Of a stretch of DNA of 64,000 bases, positions 17,720 through 27,938 are shown one piece after another. The position numbers and the translations under genes are program-made. Within the stretch, counting starts at the first letter, position 1; every line of letters starts with the position of its first letter. The DNA is taken from the NCBI GenBank assembly GCA_052326045.1, contig JBKQRH010000013.1, positions 77 through 64,076 on the forward strand. Reading direction: 5' to 3'. Source of the stretch: Terracidiphilus sp. (GTDB lineage Bacteria > Acidobacteriota > Terriglobia > Terriglobales > Acidobacteriaceae). The notes beneath the pieces were generated by a model. That model had not been told where the DNA came from, searched no databases, and saw only the letters and a list, made by a program, of their open reading frames with translations.

Positions 17720-20700
17720 TCACTGCACTGTGAGCGCGATCTGGAAGGTCGGTTGCGTGCAGGGAGCCAGCGTTGGGCTTCCAGTTGGAGGGTTACTCCC
17801 CGGAATAATACCGCAGGGCTGTGTTTGTCCCGTGTTCACAGAGCCGTTCGTGTTCAATGCATACGGGTCAGAGGAGGCAACCACGGTAATCGTGCTCGAG
17901 CCGGGCGGGGTGGAGAATTGAATCCCGTTGTTGCAGGCCATGAGTCCACTTGCCGAAACCGCAAGCAGAACCATCCCGATCAGCATGGTGACCGTACTCC
18001 AGGCTCCGCGCACCAACCGGCGCCGCGTCCAGAACAGGAACAACCCGGTGAGACCGCCCAGCCACCACAGCATTGAACTCTGCAACGGAGAGTTGGGTGG
18101 ATTGTTCACCACAACCTGCAGGTTTGTTGTGGCAGGAGGATATGAAACGGTGGCTGTGTTGGCCATGACCGTAACCTGCCCAGGCGAAAACACGCAGATT
18201 GAGTTGGCCGGCAGCGAAGAAGCCAGGCATTGATAGCCTACGACGCCCTGCCAGCCGCCGTAACTGGTGTTGGTAAAGGTGATGGAGCTATTGTTGTTGT
18301 TGCTGCCGCTGCTGGTAAGGCTTGTACCGCTTGGAGTGATAACGACAGAACCGATTGCGGGGCCAACATTGAACGATGCGCTTGCCGATTTCGATCCGGT
18401 GAAGTCTATATCGCCGCTATAGGTAGCGACAACGGAGACCACATCATAACTGCTCGAAATTGGAGTGCTTGGCGTATAGGAGGTTGAGACCACGCCATTG
18501 TCCGCTGCTATAAGGGTGAGCGGTATTGTGACGGGGGTGCCACCGGATGCGTCAGTAAAGACAAGCGTGACGGTTCCTGTCAGACTGCCCGCGAAGGTCG
18601 AACTCACGGTTGCGGTGAAAGTGAGCGCCGTACCCGCCGGCTGGCTGGCTGGATTGTTATAGAGCGTCGTAAACGAAAGCGTAGTCGAAGTAGCGACCGT
18701 CTGCACCGTGGGGTTGAGCGCATTGGAAGAACTCTGCGAGTAAGCAATAAAAGCCGTTTTTGCTCCCAGGTAAGTCGCCGACAACGTATGACTGCCTCCA
18801 GAGAGACTCCCGCCAGCGATCGTATAGCTCGCCACGCCATTGCCGTATAACGCGACAGTTTGCTCGACGATGCCATCCACGAGGAATTGCACATTGCCAG
18901 AAGGCGTGCCGTTGGAAGAGTCCACTGAAGCTACTGAAGCTTGAAGCGTCACAGGCTGGTCATAGGAGATGGCGCCCGTTGGCGAGGTGATCGCCAATGT
19001 TGTCGTCGTCGCTGCCGTAATAAAGCCCGTACCGGTGAATGTAACCTGTTGACCGCTCGCGTTGGCGGCTGTGCTGCTCAGCGCGTAGGTCTCGGAATAC
19101 GATGCAAGCGCGGCAGGCGTAAAGGTTGCTTCCAGGTTGCAACTTGATCCGGAGGCCACCGACGCGCCGCTGGCGCAGGCATTTGTCTCCGAGGAAAGAG
19201 CGGTGAAGTCAGCCGTATCTCCGGTAAGCGCATAGAAGGGGCTAGCGAGTGTCAACGCCTGGTTTCCGGAGTTCTCCAGGTAGTAGGCCAGAGATGAACT
19301 TGTTGAACCAGGATTCCAGAAACCGAACGACTGTGTGCCCTCAATGCGATTGACCGTGTAAGCAGCGGCGTTTACGTTGTCGCTTACATAGATATTGCCG
19401 ATAGGGTCGATTGCGACGCCGTAGGGAGCCTTGACAATCGCTGTTCCGGTCAAATCGAGTTGGCCGACGACATTGATGGCCTGGGTGGGAGCCAAAGAAC
19501 CAGAGATGTTGGGCACGCGCCAGATCTTTGCATTGCCCTGATCGACGATGAAGAGCGCGCCCGATGCGTCTACAGCCAAGCCCGATGGCGTGCTGTAACC
19601 CGAGGCCACTGTCACCTGCACGCCCTCGCTCAGCGGAGCGGTCACTTCGTAGACGTCGCCATTGCCCGCGTCGGCAACATAAACGTTCCCGGAAGCATCC
19701 ACGGTGATCGCCGAGGGACTGCTCATGCCGGAGCCGAGGGTCTGCGCAAAAGAGACATTCCAACTGCCAACATAGGGCACGTAGACAACTCGCTTGTTGC
19801 CTGAATCGGCAATATAGAGATTGCCCAGGCTATCGACGGCGATTCCGGCAGGTTTCTTCAATGCGGAGCCGGCCAGGGTGGCGCTGGAGGAGATGACGGT
19901 GACCTGGGCGGAGGTGCTTAGCGCTCCATTGACCACCGGGATCTCAACGATCTGATTGTTGCCGGTATCGGCGACAAACAAGTTGCCTGCGCCATCAACA
20001 GCAACGCCGGTAGGACCGCTAAGGCCGCTGCCCAGCGCAACCGCCGCAGTCTTGCCGGCCGGGATTTCCAGCACTGCGTTTTGACTGGAGTCGGCAAAGA
20101 AGAGATTGCCTAGGTTGTCGATCGCCTCGCCAGTTGGCGCCGTGTAGCCGGTGCCGAAGGTAGAGACCACGCCAAGATCGACGGTAAGTCCGGCACCTGC
20201 ACCGGTACCGGAGATGTCGGCCGTCGCCAGTACGTTGTCGCTGGCATCCGTGAGCACGACTGCTCCGTAGGCCACGCCGGGTGTGGCGGGCGCAAAGTTC
20301 AGATTCACGGTGCAGCTATTGCCTGGCGTGTAAGAAGTCGCTGAACAGCTTCCTGTTCCCGCGTTGGAGAAGATTCCCGCGCCGGTAACCAAGGAGTAGG
20401 CGGCCGGCGTCTCGTCCGCGTTGAAGACCACGTTCAGGGTGCCTGTTCCGTTGGCGCCCACGGCCGCCGATCCCAAATTCGCGCTGCCCTGCGTGACCTT
20501 ATAGACCGACGAACCGCCGTTGGAGTAGTAGAGATTTCCAAACGCGTCGATGGCCACGGCGCTGGACAGAGTGAGGGGATAGGTGGTGCCCGAGCCTGCG
20601 GTAATGATGTACTGATCCGCCGGGTTCAACACCCCGCCTTCATTGGGAATCACATAGAGGATCGAGGACAAGTACAGCGGCGGCCACCAGCCGTTGATGG

Positions 20701-21565
20701 CATATTGCGCGCTCGTCCCCTGGTCGGCAACATAGAGGTTCCCCGCCGCGTCAAGGCTGACTCCCACCACGCTGGTGTATCCGCTTCCGAAGGCTACGGG
20801 AGTAGCGCTGTATACGCCTAGAGTTGAGCTTGTGCCCACAGTGGTCACCGGCAACTCATAGAGCCCGCCGCCGGAGGCGTAATAGATGTTATTGTTCGCA
20901 TCGACGGTCATCGAAACGATGGGCGACGATAGCGAGGCAATCAACGTTGCGCCACTGCCCGAGTATGCATTCTCTTCGAGCAATTCGTTTGCAGACGTGC
21001 AGCAAGCGTTGTTCGTCGCAATGAAGATATTGCCGGAAGAGTCGGCAGCAACGGCGGAGGGTGTATACCACCAGCTGATCGCTCCCAGGTTTCCGATGCT
21101 GATCGTATACGCGCCACTGGCATTCAGAGCGCAATTGACAATCGGGATGCGGAGTTGATTGTATTCCCCATCGGCGATATAGATGTTGCTCTTCGACGCA
21201 TCGATCCATATCTCACGGGTCGCCCAATTATCATTTTGTGCGGCGAATACGATTGTGGGCGCTCCTCCGCCAGCGGGGATTTCGGTGATCTGGCCGCCAT
21301 TTTCTGTGTTTCCGGATGAGATACCCGAGGCAAGCGCATAGATGTTACCACAGGCATCGAGAACGACGCCCGCTTCTTGAGCAGCTTGACCATCAGCATA
21401 GGTTAATCCTGTCGCCGCTGTGGATTCGCTGGAAACCACCACTTGATGCGCATTGGCGGCAGCGTGCCCCGTTCCAGTCAAGACGATCCCAATCAAGCCC
21501 AGAATGAGCATCGTCAGCCACGCGTTCCGCCGGGTCCAACCGTTCATCCAATCATTGCTCGACAT
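17720..21565 (-). CDS. Large secreted NHL-repeat beta-propeller / Ig-like repeat protein with C-terminal TM hairpin and internal lipobox
   Basis: Signal peptide; many P.GVAVD..GNLYVAD repeats; Big_3-like domains (A.YSGD..F..S.S); near the C-terminus TM-RRR-TM-GLMAC. Confidence 0.88.
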   Translation of the reverse strand: MSSNDWMNGWTRRNAWLTMLILGLIGIVLTGTGHAAANAHQVVVSSESTAATGLTYADGQAAQEAGVVLDACGNIYALASGISSGNTENGGQITEIPAGGGAPTIVFAAQNDNWATREIWIDASKSNIYIADGEYNQLRIPIVNCALNASGAYTISIGNLGAISWWYTPSAVAADSSGNIFIATNNACCTSANELLEENAYSGSGATLIASLSSPIVSMTVDANNNIYYASGGGLYELPVTTVGTSSTLGVYSATPVAFGSGYTSVVGVSLDAAGNLYVADQGTSAQYAINGWWPPLYLSSILYVIPNEGGVLNPADQYIITAGSGTTYPLTLSSAVAIDAFGNLYYSNGGSSVYKVTQGSANLGSAAVGANGTGTLNVVFNADETPAAYSLVTGAGIFSNAGTGSCSATSYTPGNSCTVNLNFAPATPGVAYGAVVLTDASDNVLATADISGTGAGAGLTVDLGVVSTFGTGYTAPTGEAIDNLGNLFFADSSQNAVLEIPAGKTAAVALGSGLSGPTGVAVDGAGNLFVADTGNNQIVEIPVVNGALSTSAQVTVISSSATLAGSALKKPAGIAVDSLGNLYIADSGNKRVVYVPYVGSWNVSFAQTLGSGMSSPSAITVDASGNVYVADAGNGDVYEVTAPLSEGVQVTVASGYSTPSGLAVDASGALFIVDQGNAKIWRVPNISGSLAPTQAINVVGQLDLTGTAIVKAPYGVAIDPIGNIYVSDNVNAAAYTVNRIEGTQSFGFWNPGSTSSSLAYYLENSGNQALTLASPFYALTGDTADFTALSSETNACASGASVASGSSCNLEATFTPAALASYSETYALSSTAANASGQQVTFTGTGFITAATTTTLAITSPTGAISYDQPVTLQASVASVDSSNGTPSGNVQFLVDGIVEQTVALYGNGVASYTIAGGSLSGGSHTLSATYLGAKTAFIAYSQSSSNALNPTVQTVATSTTLSFTTLYNNPASQPAGTALTFTATVSSTFAGSLTGTVTLVFTDASGGTPVTIPLTLIAADNGVVSTSYTPSTPISSSYDVVSVVATYSGDIDFTGSKSASASFNVGPAIGSVVITPSGTSLTSSGSNNNNSSITFTNTSYGGWQGVVGYQCLASSLPANSICVFSPGQVTVMANTATVSYPPATTNLQVVVNNPPNSPLQSSMLWWLGGLTGLFLFWTRRRLVRGAWSTVTMLIGMVLLAVSASGLMACNNGIQFSTPPGSSTITVVASSDPYALNTNGSVNTGQTQPCGIIPGSNPPTGSPTLAPCTQPTFQIALTVQ

Positions 21566-21672
21566 TTCAAGCCTCCAAAAATACTGCGGTTTGCCGCATG
21601 TTACTTAGTTCCTTGTTCCGGCTTCCGGATTCTTCTTCGCCGTTGCCGCCATCGCGCCTTCATGAAGTACGC

Positions 21673-21701
21673 GGGAGGGGAGCCGAAGGGCCGCCCCTCC
21701 C
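21673..21701 (-). other. GC-rich intergenic hairpin immediately after the TBDR stop
   Basis: gggagggg...cccctccc; no U tract, so a stabilising hairpin is more likely than a terminator. Confidence 0.45.
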
Positions 21702-21707
21702 TGGTGC

Positions 21708-24700
21708 TTAGAAGTTGTACTTCAAGGCAAACTCAACATAGCGCAAGCCGAACTTATACGGCGTGTATCCGAAACCTGGATTGTTCATATACAGGCTGGA
21801 AAATGCAGCCTGTTGCGAGTAAAGGCACCCTGCGCCGGTTGTTGTGTTGCATGCGGGGTCCGCAAAGGTCAGGTTCAACGCCTGGGTATTGCCGATGAAA
21901 GACGAGAGGGGGTGGTTAAGGAAGTTGAAGGCCGACATGCGGAACTGAAGGTTTTCCCGGTCGTTTAACGGAATGTCCTTATAGAGCGAGAGATCGGAGT
22001 CGAAGTAGGCAGGTCCACGCACGTCGGGAAGATTCCACCACCCCTGCGTTCCCAGTGCCGGAAGGGCGAAGCAGTTTCCATTGACATACTGTTTCGACAC
22101 TTGGTTTCCGGTCAGAAGTTTCGAATGAAGGTTGGCCCGCGGATCGCAGGTTACCGTCGGTTGCAGGTTGTAGTCCGAACTGCCCAGCCATTGAGACGCG
22201 CCAATGGGAATGCCGATCGTGGTCAGCGAAGGGGCTGTGCCCGTGACGTAACCTGCGGATGCGGAGAAGCCGAAGTTCGTCCCGCTGGTGATGGCGAAGT
22301 CCGGGCCGCTCGTCAGTCTCGTGATGCCCGAAAGCTCCCAGGTGTTCAACAGCCAGCCCAACTCGCGGTTGCCCTTGAACTTCTTGCCCTCCTGGTAGGA
22401 GAAGGAAAAGTTGAAGACTTGCGGGCGGTCGTAGGAGACAATGCCGTAATCGTGTTGTGGATTCAGCGGATCCCCAGTGCCGCCCGTATCCCAGTTGCCG
22501 CGAACCGCCATGGCCTTGGACCACGTGTAGTTGATTCCCAGGACGAGAGAACCGCTCTGCTTGTTCAGGGAGACTTGCATGGCGTTGTAATTTGCCCAGT
22601 TGGTGTGCTCGGGAACGTTTACCTGCTGATAATTGGGATACGGACGATAGTCGTTCGCGATGCTGCTGGTGATGTTCGAAGTAGGGTTGGTTTGCCCGGT
22701 AAGAGGGTCGGGACCGAAGAAAGCGCCCAGGGGTATCACGTTATGGTTCTGCAGACTGGCCATCGTGGCAAGATTCGTGCTCTGGTTTCCGACATAGGCA
22801 ATTTCAAACACGGCGCCGTAAGGCAATTGCTGATCAAGCGTGAAATTGTAGTTGTAGGTAACCGGCTGCTCGTTGTCCTTCGGATCATCCGCGGTGATGC
22901 TTCCGACCGCTCCCGTTGTCGTGAATTTCTGAGGGCTGGTCACAAACGCCGGACTCCCGGTATAGAATCCGCAGGTGAGAACCTGCGAGCCTGTAGGCGT
23001 GGTGCCGATGGGGGCCGAGTTGAACAGTTGGTCCAGCGTGCAACTGTTCTGGAAGCTGGTGGCTATGGTGTAATGGATCAGATTTTGGGCCGTCCCCACC
23101 GCTCCGCCGGTCACATTGGCCGAGTCGCGCGACCGGTAGACACCGAAGCCGCCACGGAAAACGCTTTTTCCATTTCCATAGAGGTCGTAAGCGAGGCCAA
23201 CACGCGGCTGGTAGAAGAGAGCGCGGGTTCCCACACCGGCAACGGGAATGCTGGAGTCCAACTGATGCCACTTGATGCCTGGCCACGTCCTGGCGTCCTG
23301 AGTCATATTCGCATCCCACACGCCGGGCTGAATCGGATTGTACTCGGTGGGATCCCAGACCGCAGCGCCGATGCCGTGGGTATCGGACCACGGGGGAAGA
23401 TGAGAGAGCCGGATGCCGAAGGTGAGCGTCAGCTTTGAATTCACCTTCCACTCATCTGTTGCGTAAAACTCAAGGGTGTCGAAGTGCATAGTGCCGGCGG
23501 GATCGGAGGAGTCCTGCGTGTAACCGCCGGTGCAGCCGGCCAGAAAGTTGGCGGTGGTGTTTCCAAGGCCCGTAGTTGGCGGCGTAACCAGCGTACCTGT
23601 CGAAGTTGTGGAAGGCGTGGTTTGATTGGGGATGCACCCTTCGTAGCGATCGAAGAGAATATTGCCGTTCGCCTGGCTTCCGAGCACTACATTGCCGTTC
23701 CTCATCTGCTCCGCGTAAACGCCGGCCTTGATGGCGTGCGTGCGGTAGATTTTGGTGAAATTGTCGCCTACACTCCATGACGCTTTCCGCAAATATTCGC
23801 TGCTTGCAGGCACATACCCGAAGGAAAAGTTGGGGACGCCGATATTCTCCCAGGAGTAAATCCGCGGCAACTGGTTAATACCGTTCTTCAGGGCTCCGCC
23901 CTCGTATCCGGCTGCCGCCCACGGCGTTCCGGTATCCAATGCCAATGAACGATTCGCGAATTGCTGCGGTTCATTGAAATACAGTCCCGCGGCAACAATC
24001 TCGTTGGTCATGGTGCTGCTTATGATCTTTGTAAGGTTGAGAGATGCGTAGTCCGAGTACGTATACGAATCGAGCGGCGTGGGGTAGGGGATGGTATCGG
24101 GGGGATTATAGTAAATGTTGTTCAGCGGTTGTTCGGTGTTCACCTTCTCCCAGTTATAAGTCCCATATAACTTGAGGCTGTCCGAGAAGTTCTCATCCAC
24201 GCGGCCGTGAAACTGGTAGCCGTTATAGGTCGCCATGACGTTCTCGGCCCAGTTGTAGCCATCCGACGCGTAGCCGTTTGCGGGTTGGGGAACGCGGTTG
24301 ATTGCCGGATAGTATTTGGTGAAGGCGGCCGTTGCAGGATTGATGCTGTTCAGTTGCCCTGAAGCGGGAATCTTGTTCCCATTCTGATCGATCCCACCCG
24401 CGGGCGAGAAGCAATCGCCCCCGATGTTTGAATAGGCGGGCGTCTGGCTCCAGTCCTGGGGGCAACCCGCGGCCAGGTCGGTGGCGGACACATTGAAGGC
24501 GCTGGCGAGCGAGGCTTCGGAAAAGTCCCCGCTCAACATGGCCGGGGTCGGAATGAATCCGTACATCGGCCCCCCGAATGTTCCGTTTGCATTATTCTTT
24601 TGGCCGTAATACTCATACCCCACCCAGAAGGTGAGGCGTTTGCTGTCATTGAAGTGGGTGCCGGGGATTTTGACCGGCCCGCCCAGTGTGCCTCCGGGAT

Positions 24701-25688
24701 AGAAATACCTCATTGGAGCCTTGGCGACTACGGGGGTTTGGTTGTTCGACAGCCAGTCGTTGGAGTTGAAGATGTGATTCCGGACGTAGCCGTAAAGAGA
24801 ACCGTGATACTCAGCCCCGCCCGACTTGCCCACCGCGGAAATGACGATCGGCCCCTTGGCCTCATCGGCGCCGAAGTCCGAGGTTTGCACCTTGACTTCC
24901 TGCACCTGGTCCATGTTGATGTTGGCGGTTGTCGCTCCCATATCGCCGGGATCGATCACCTGGGCTCCATCGGCGGAGATGTTGACAAGCCCTGACTGCG
25001 GGGCCGCGCCGTTGGCTCCGTAACTGCCAAGATTCGCCGATCCAAAACTGGTGGTGTTGTAGTCGGCGCCCGTGTTGTTCAGGCCTGTGCCCGCGTTGAG
25101 GGTAAAGCCGGGCAGCATGCTCACCAATTCCAGGGCATCGCGGCCGGTGGTGGAAAGACGGGCGATATCGGCGGAGGTGATCAGTGTGCTGTGTTCGCCG
25201 GAGTTGAGGGTTACGCCCGCTTTCTCAGCCGTAACCACCACCGATACCACAACCTGGCCGATCTTCAGCTTAATTTTTGGCACGGTCAGGCTGTCGCCAG
25301 GATGGACCTCAATGCCCGTCACCTTCCAGGACTCGAAGCCGGTCATGGTCACCTGGATGCTGTAGGTGGCGCCCGGTTGCACGGCAAGAAAGTTGAAGAA
25401 ACCCTCGCCATTGCTGGTGGTGTTACGGGTCGCCTTGCTGGCTTCGTTGATGAGCGTGACCTTGGCGCCGGGAATCACCGCGTTAGAGGCATCGCGAACA
25501 GTGCCGGAGACGGATGAGGTTGTCTGCGCGTGGGCCGCGGCTACCAGGAAGAGCAGGGCCGCAACCCCGAGTACCCAGTACGGAAACGTTTTCAGCGATC
25601 GCATCGACGATGCACAAAAAGACAGGTTCGTAGATATTGACAAGATGTGCCTCCAAATCTGTGGTGCCCGGTTGCCCGGTTCCTCCAA
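21708..25688 (-). CDS. TonB-dependent receptor (acidobacterial Oar-like, N-terminal carboxypeptidase-regulatory-like domain); true start probably further in (TTG ~25643 or ATG ~25604)
   Basis: AHA-Q signal; SGTVRD.SNAVIPGA.VTL; VQEVKVQTS.FGA; PRVGLAYD; C-terminal FALKYNF beta-signal. Confidence 0.93.
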   Translation of the reverse strand: MEEPGNRAPQIWRHILSISTNLSFCASSMRSLKTFPYWVLGVAALLFLVAAAHAQTTSSVSGTVRDASNAVIPGAKVTLINEASKATRNTTSNGEGFFNFLAVQPGATYSIQVTMTGFESWKVTGIEVHPGDSLTVPKIKLKIGQVVVSVVVTAEKAGVTLNSGEHSTLITSADIARLSTTGRDALELVSMLPGFTLNAGTGLNNTGADYNTTSFGSANLGSYGANGAAPQSGLVNISADGAQVIDPGDMGATTANINMDQVQEVKVQTSDFGADEAKGPIVISAVGKSGGAEYHGSLYGYVRNHIFNSNDWLSNNQTPVVAKAPMRYFYPGGTLGGPVKIPGTHFNDSKRLTFWVGYEYYGQKNNANGTFGGPMYGFIPTPAMLSGDFSEASLASAFNVSATDLAAGCPQDWSQTPAYSNIGGDCFSPAGGIDQNGNKIPASGQLNSINPATAAFTKYYPAINRVPQPANGYASDGYNWAENVMATYNGYQFHGRVDENFSDSLKLYGTYNWEKVNTEQPLNNIYYNPPDTIPYPTPLDSYTYSDYASLNLTKIISSTMTNEIVAAGLYFNEPQQFANRSLALDTGTPWAAAGYEGGALKNGINQLPRIYSWENIGVPNFSFGYVPASSEYLRKASWSVGDNFTKIYRTHAIKAGVYAEQMRNGNVVLGSQANGNILFDRYEGCIPNQTTPSTTSTGTLVTPPTTGLGNTTANFLAGCTGGYTQDSSDPAGTMHFDTLEFYATDEWKVNSKLTLTFGIRLSHLPPWSDTHGIGAAVWDPTEYNPIQPGVWDANMTQDARTWPGIKWHQLDSSIPVAGVGTRALFYQPRVGLAYDLYGNGKSVFRGGFGVYRSRDSANVTGGAVGTAQNLIHYTIATSFQNSCTLDQLFNSAPIGTTPTGSQVLTCGFYTGSPAFVTSPQKFTTTGAVGSITADDPKDNEQPVTYNYNFTLDQQLPYGAVFEIAYVGNQSTNLATMASLQNHNVIPLGAFFGPDPLTGQTNPTSNITSSIANDYRPYPNYQQVNVPEHTNWANYNAMQVSLNKQSGSLVLGINYTWSKAMAVRGNWDTGGTGDPLNPQHDYGIVSYDRPQVFNFSFSYQEGKKFKGNRELGWLLNTWELSGITRLTSGPDFAITSGTNFGFSASAGYVTGTAPSLTTIGIPIGASQWLGSSDYNLQPTVTCDPRANLHSKLLTGNQVSKQYVNGNCFALPALGTQGWWNLPDVRGPAYFDSDLSLYKDIPLNDRENLQFRMSAFNFLNHPLSSFIGNTQALNLTFADPACNTTTGAGCLYSQQAAFSSLYMNNPGFGYTPYKFGLRYVEFALKYNF

Positions 25689-26070
25689 TAAATCATTGGC
25701 TTACCCGCAGGCTTTGGAAAATTCCCGCCTCGGGTTCCGTATGTGCATTGCTATCCTTTGCCGCTCACTCCGTCCTCCGGTGGCTGCAAGCCGGTTCACC
25801 GCAGCAGCGCTACAACCGGCATCTAGCGCAACCCAAGAGCACAACTTCGCACGTGCCGGCGACATCTTCCGCCGGTGCTTGTTGATCGTGAGTCATGTGC
25901 GCAGACTGAAACGTTGCGCCTGCGCAAATCGAACCTCCGAGCAATCCCCAGTACCCTGATTCCGGACGCCTCGACCTGGACTTGCGTTCGCTCGGCAAGC
26001 GAAAATTTGAAGTCACGAGCAGGGTTAAGCCCTGCTGCAACGGAGGTCAAGGTTAAACCTGAACATTCGT

Positions 26071-26108
26071 GTACAGGCACGTACACCGAACCGTTACACG
26101 GTGTGTAT
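26071..26108. promoter_or_regulatory. Candidate operator in the divergent promoter region (GTACA/GTTACA repeats; GAACCGTTAC)
   Basis: GTACA at 26071 and 26081, GTTACA at 26093; GAACCGTTAC at 26088 recurs at 27808. Confidence 0.35.
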
Positions 26109-26214
26109 ATTTATGAAACTTAATGGGATAGACCAAATTCACGGGATGGCTCCGCGGCGCTGTTGCAATTGCGTACTTGGGACAGCTATGATCACACCAC
26201 ACAGGAGATGGTCG

Positions 26215-27738
26215 GTGTCTAACACCACCCAGGCCGTATCGAATCGCCCTCCATCCGCCTCGATGGAGGACGAGCGCCGGGAACTGGAGGTTGTATCCGC
26301 GGCGTTAGCGAATTCTACCCGGCTGTTTCGGCTAATCACCTATATCGGGGAAAAGCATTTCCAGGGTGAAACGGACAAGCTGCACGAGTACGGCATCGCA
26401 ACCGAAGTCTTCGGACGCTCAAAGGACACATTCAATGCAGGCGAGGACGCGATTGTGCGGGTAGAAGCCCACCGCCTGCGAAAACGACTGAAGGAGTATT
26501 ACGCGGGCGATGGGAAAGATCACCCAATCCATCTGTCGATTCCACCGGGAACCTACGTCCCTGTTTTCACGCGCCAGTCTTCTGGCGCAGCAAAGCTCGA
26601 GAGCGAAACAGTCCTCGCACAGCCGGACACACGGCCTTGGTATTATTCTTGGCATTATGTAGTCGCGATCGCGGCATTCGCCTTGACGATTCTCGGCGGA
26701 TACCTGTTCTTCCGGGCTTACGGCGCAAAGAAAGACAACGTTGGCACCGCGGCTTCCAATGCACAGCAAGCCGCTCCCTCGAACGCCGCACCCTACGCAC
26801 AGGTACCCCTGCGAATTCTCGCTGGCTACGACGGAAAGCCGCGGATCGACAGCGCCGGAAACGTCTGGCAGCCCGACCAGTATGTTTCTTTTGGCGGGAG
26901 GTGGGAACGTCTGGACAGCGTCGTAGCGCGAACGAGCAATCCGATGTTGTTCGAGCATTGGCGCAACGGAGGCTTCTACTACGACATTCCACTGCGGCCT
27001 GGCGTATACGAACTACACCTCTACTTCTTCTCCGTAGAGCCGGACTCCAGAGGCCCGTCCTCATTTTCCGTCTCGCTAAACGGGCAACCGCTCCTGCCCG
27101 GCTTCGATGTCAACATAGATGCCCAGGGGCCGAACATCGCCGACGAGCGCGTCTTCCGCGACATCAGCCCAGGAAGTGACGGATTCCTGCGCCTTGGCTT
27201 TACCGCCGAGCGCGCCTTGGCGACGCTGAGTGCGATTGAGATTCTGCCCGGGACACCCAACCTGCAGCTTCCCATCCGCCTGGTTACGCAGCCGATTTCC
27301 TATACTGACCACAGCGGCCAGTTCTGGCGTCCTGACGACTACTACATGGACGGATACACTGAGACGAAGCGAACGAAAATCGCGGGGACACCCGATCCCG
27401 ACCTTTTCGCAGCGGAGCGGTATGGGCACTTCACATACGCCATTCCGGTTGACACGCGTGATCGCTACACCCTGATCCTTCACTTTGCCGAGTTTTACTT
27501 CGGGCCCAGCGCGTCGGGAATCGGAGGCGTGGGAAGCCGCGTGTTTCGCGTCCTGTGCAACGGAAACACTCTACTCGATGACTTCGACATCTACAAGGAA
27601 GCGGGCGGTCTTCATGCCCTGACAAAAACCTTTTACCACCTGAGACCCACAGGGCAAGGCAAGCTCAACATTACCTTTGAGCCGATTGTGAACAACGCCA
27701 CGGTCTCGGGTATCGAAGTCCTCGACGAATCGCAATAA
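26215..27738 (+). CDS. Membrane-spanning putative regulator: N-terminal wHTH-like domain, one TM helix, two malectin domains
   Basis: AGGAG then GTG 26215; EYGIATEVFGR...DAIVRVEAHRLRKRLKEYY...IPPGTYVPVF; TM VVAIAAFALTILGGYLFF; malectin motifs DSAGNVWQPD, YELHLYF, DHSGQFWRPD, LILHFAEFYF..RVF, VSGIEV. Confidence 0.85.
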   Translation: MSNTTQAVSNRPPSASMEDERRELEVVSAALANSTRLFRLITYIGEKHFQGETDKLHEYGIATEVFGRSKDTFNAGEDAIVRVEAHRLRKRLKEYYAGDGKDHPIHLSIPPGTYVPVFTRQSSGAAKLESETVLAQPDTRPWYYSWHYVVAIAAFALTILGGYLFFRAYGAKKDNVGTAASNAQQAAPSNAAPYAQVPLRILAGYDGKPRIDSAGNVWQPDQYVSFGGRWERLDSVVARTSNPMLFEHWRNGGFYYDIPLRPGVYELHLYFFSVEPDSRGPSSFSVSLNGQPLLPGFDVNIDAQGPNIADERVFRDISPGSDGFLRLGFTAERALATLSAIEILPGTPNLQLPIRLVTQPISYTDHSGQFWRPDDYYMDGYTETKRTKIAGTPDPDLFAAERYGHFTYAIPVDTRDRYTLILHFAEFYFGPSASGIGGVGSRVFRVLCNGNTLLDDFDIYKEAGGLHALTKTFYHLRPTGQGKLNITFEPIVNNATVSGIEVLDESQ

Positions 27739-27905
27739 GTCGCGATCCTGAAGCGGCAGCGCGCACCTATTTCCCCGGGATGAGCAAGATACTTTCGGAG
27801 GTTGCCGGAACCGTTACCGCGGAATTGTTTCCCAGGCCGTCAAGTTTGGCCGGCGTTGGGCCGGAAGCCGGCCAGGGGCTCTGCAAGCTGAAGTTGGCGC
27901 GTCGT

Positions 27906-27938
27906 TAAGGTTTTCGTGGACCAGTGATAGAGATCCGC
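27906..27938 (-). repeat. Inverted copy of part of the downstream CDS (23-bp perfect match, 27916-27938 vs 28453-28475)
   Basis: Reverse complement gcggatctctatcactggtccac is identical to 28453-28475; both read ADLYHWSTKT. Confidence 0.85.
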
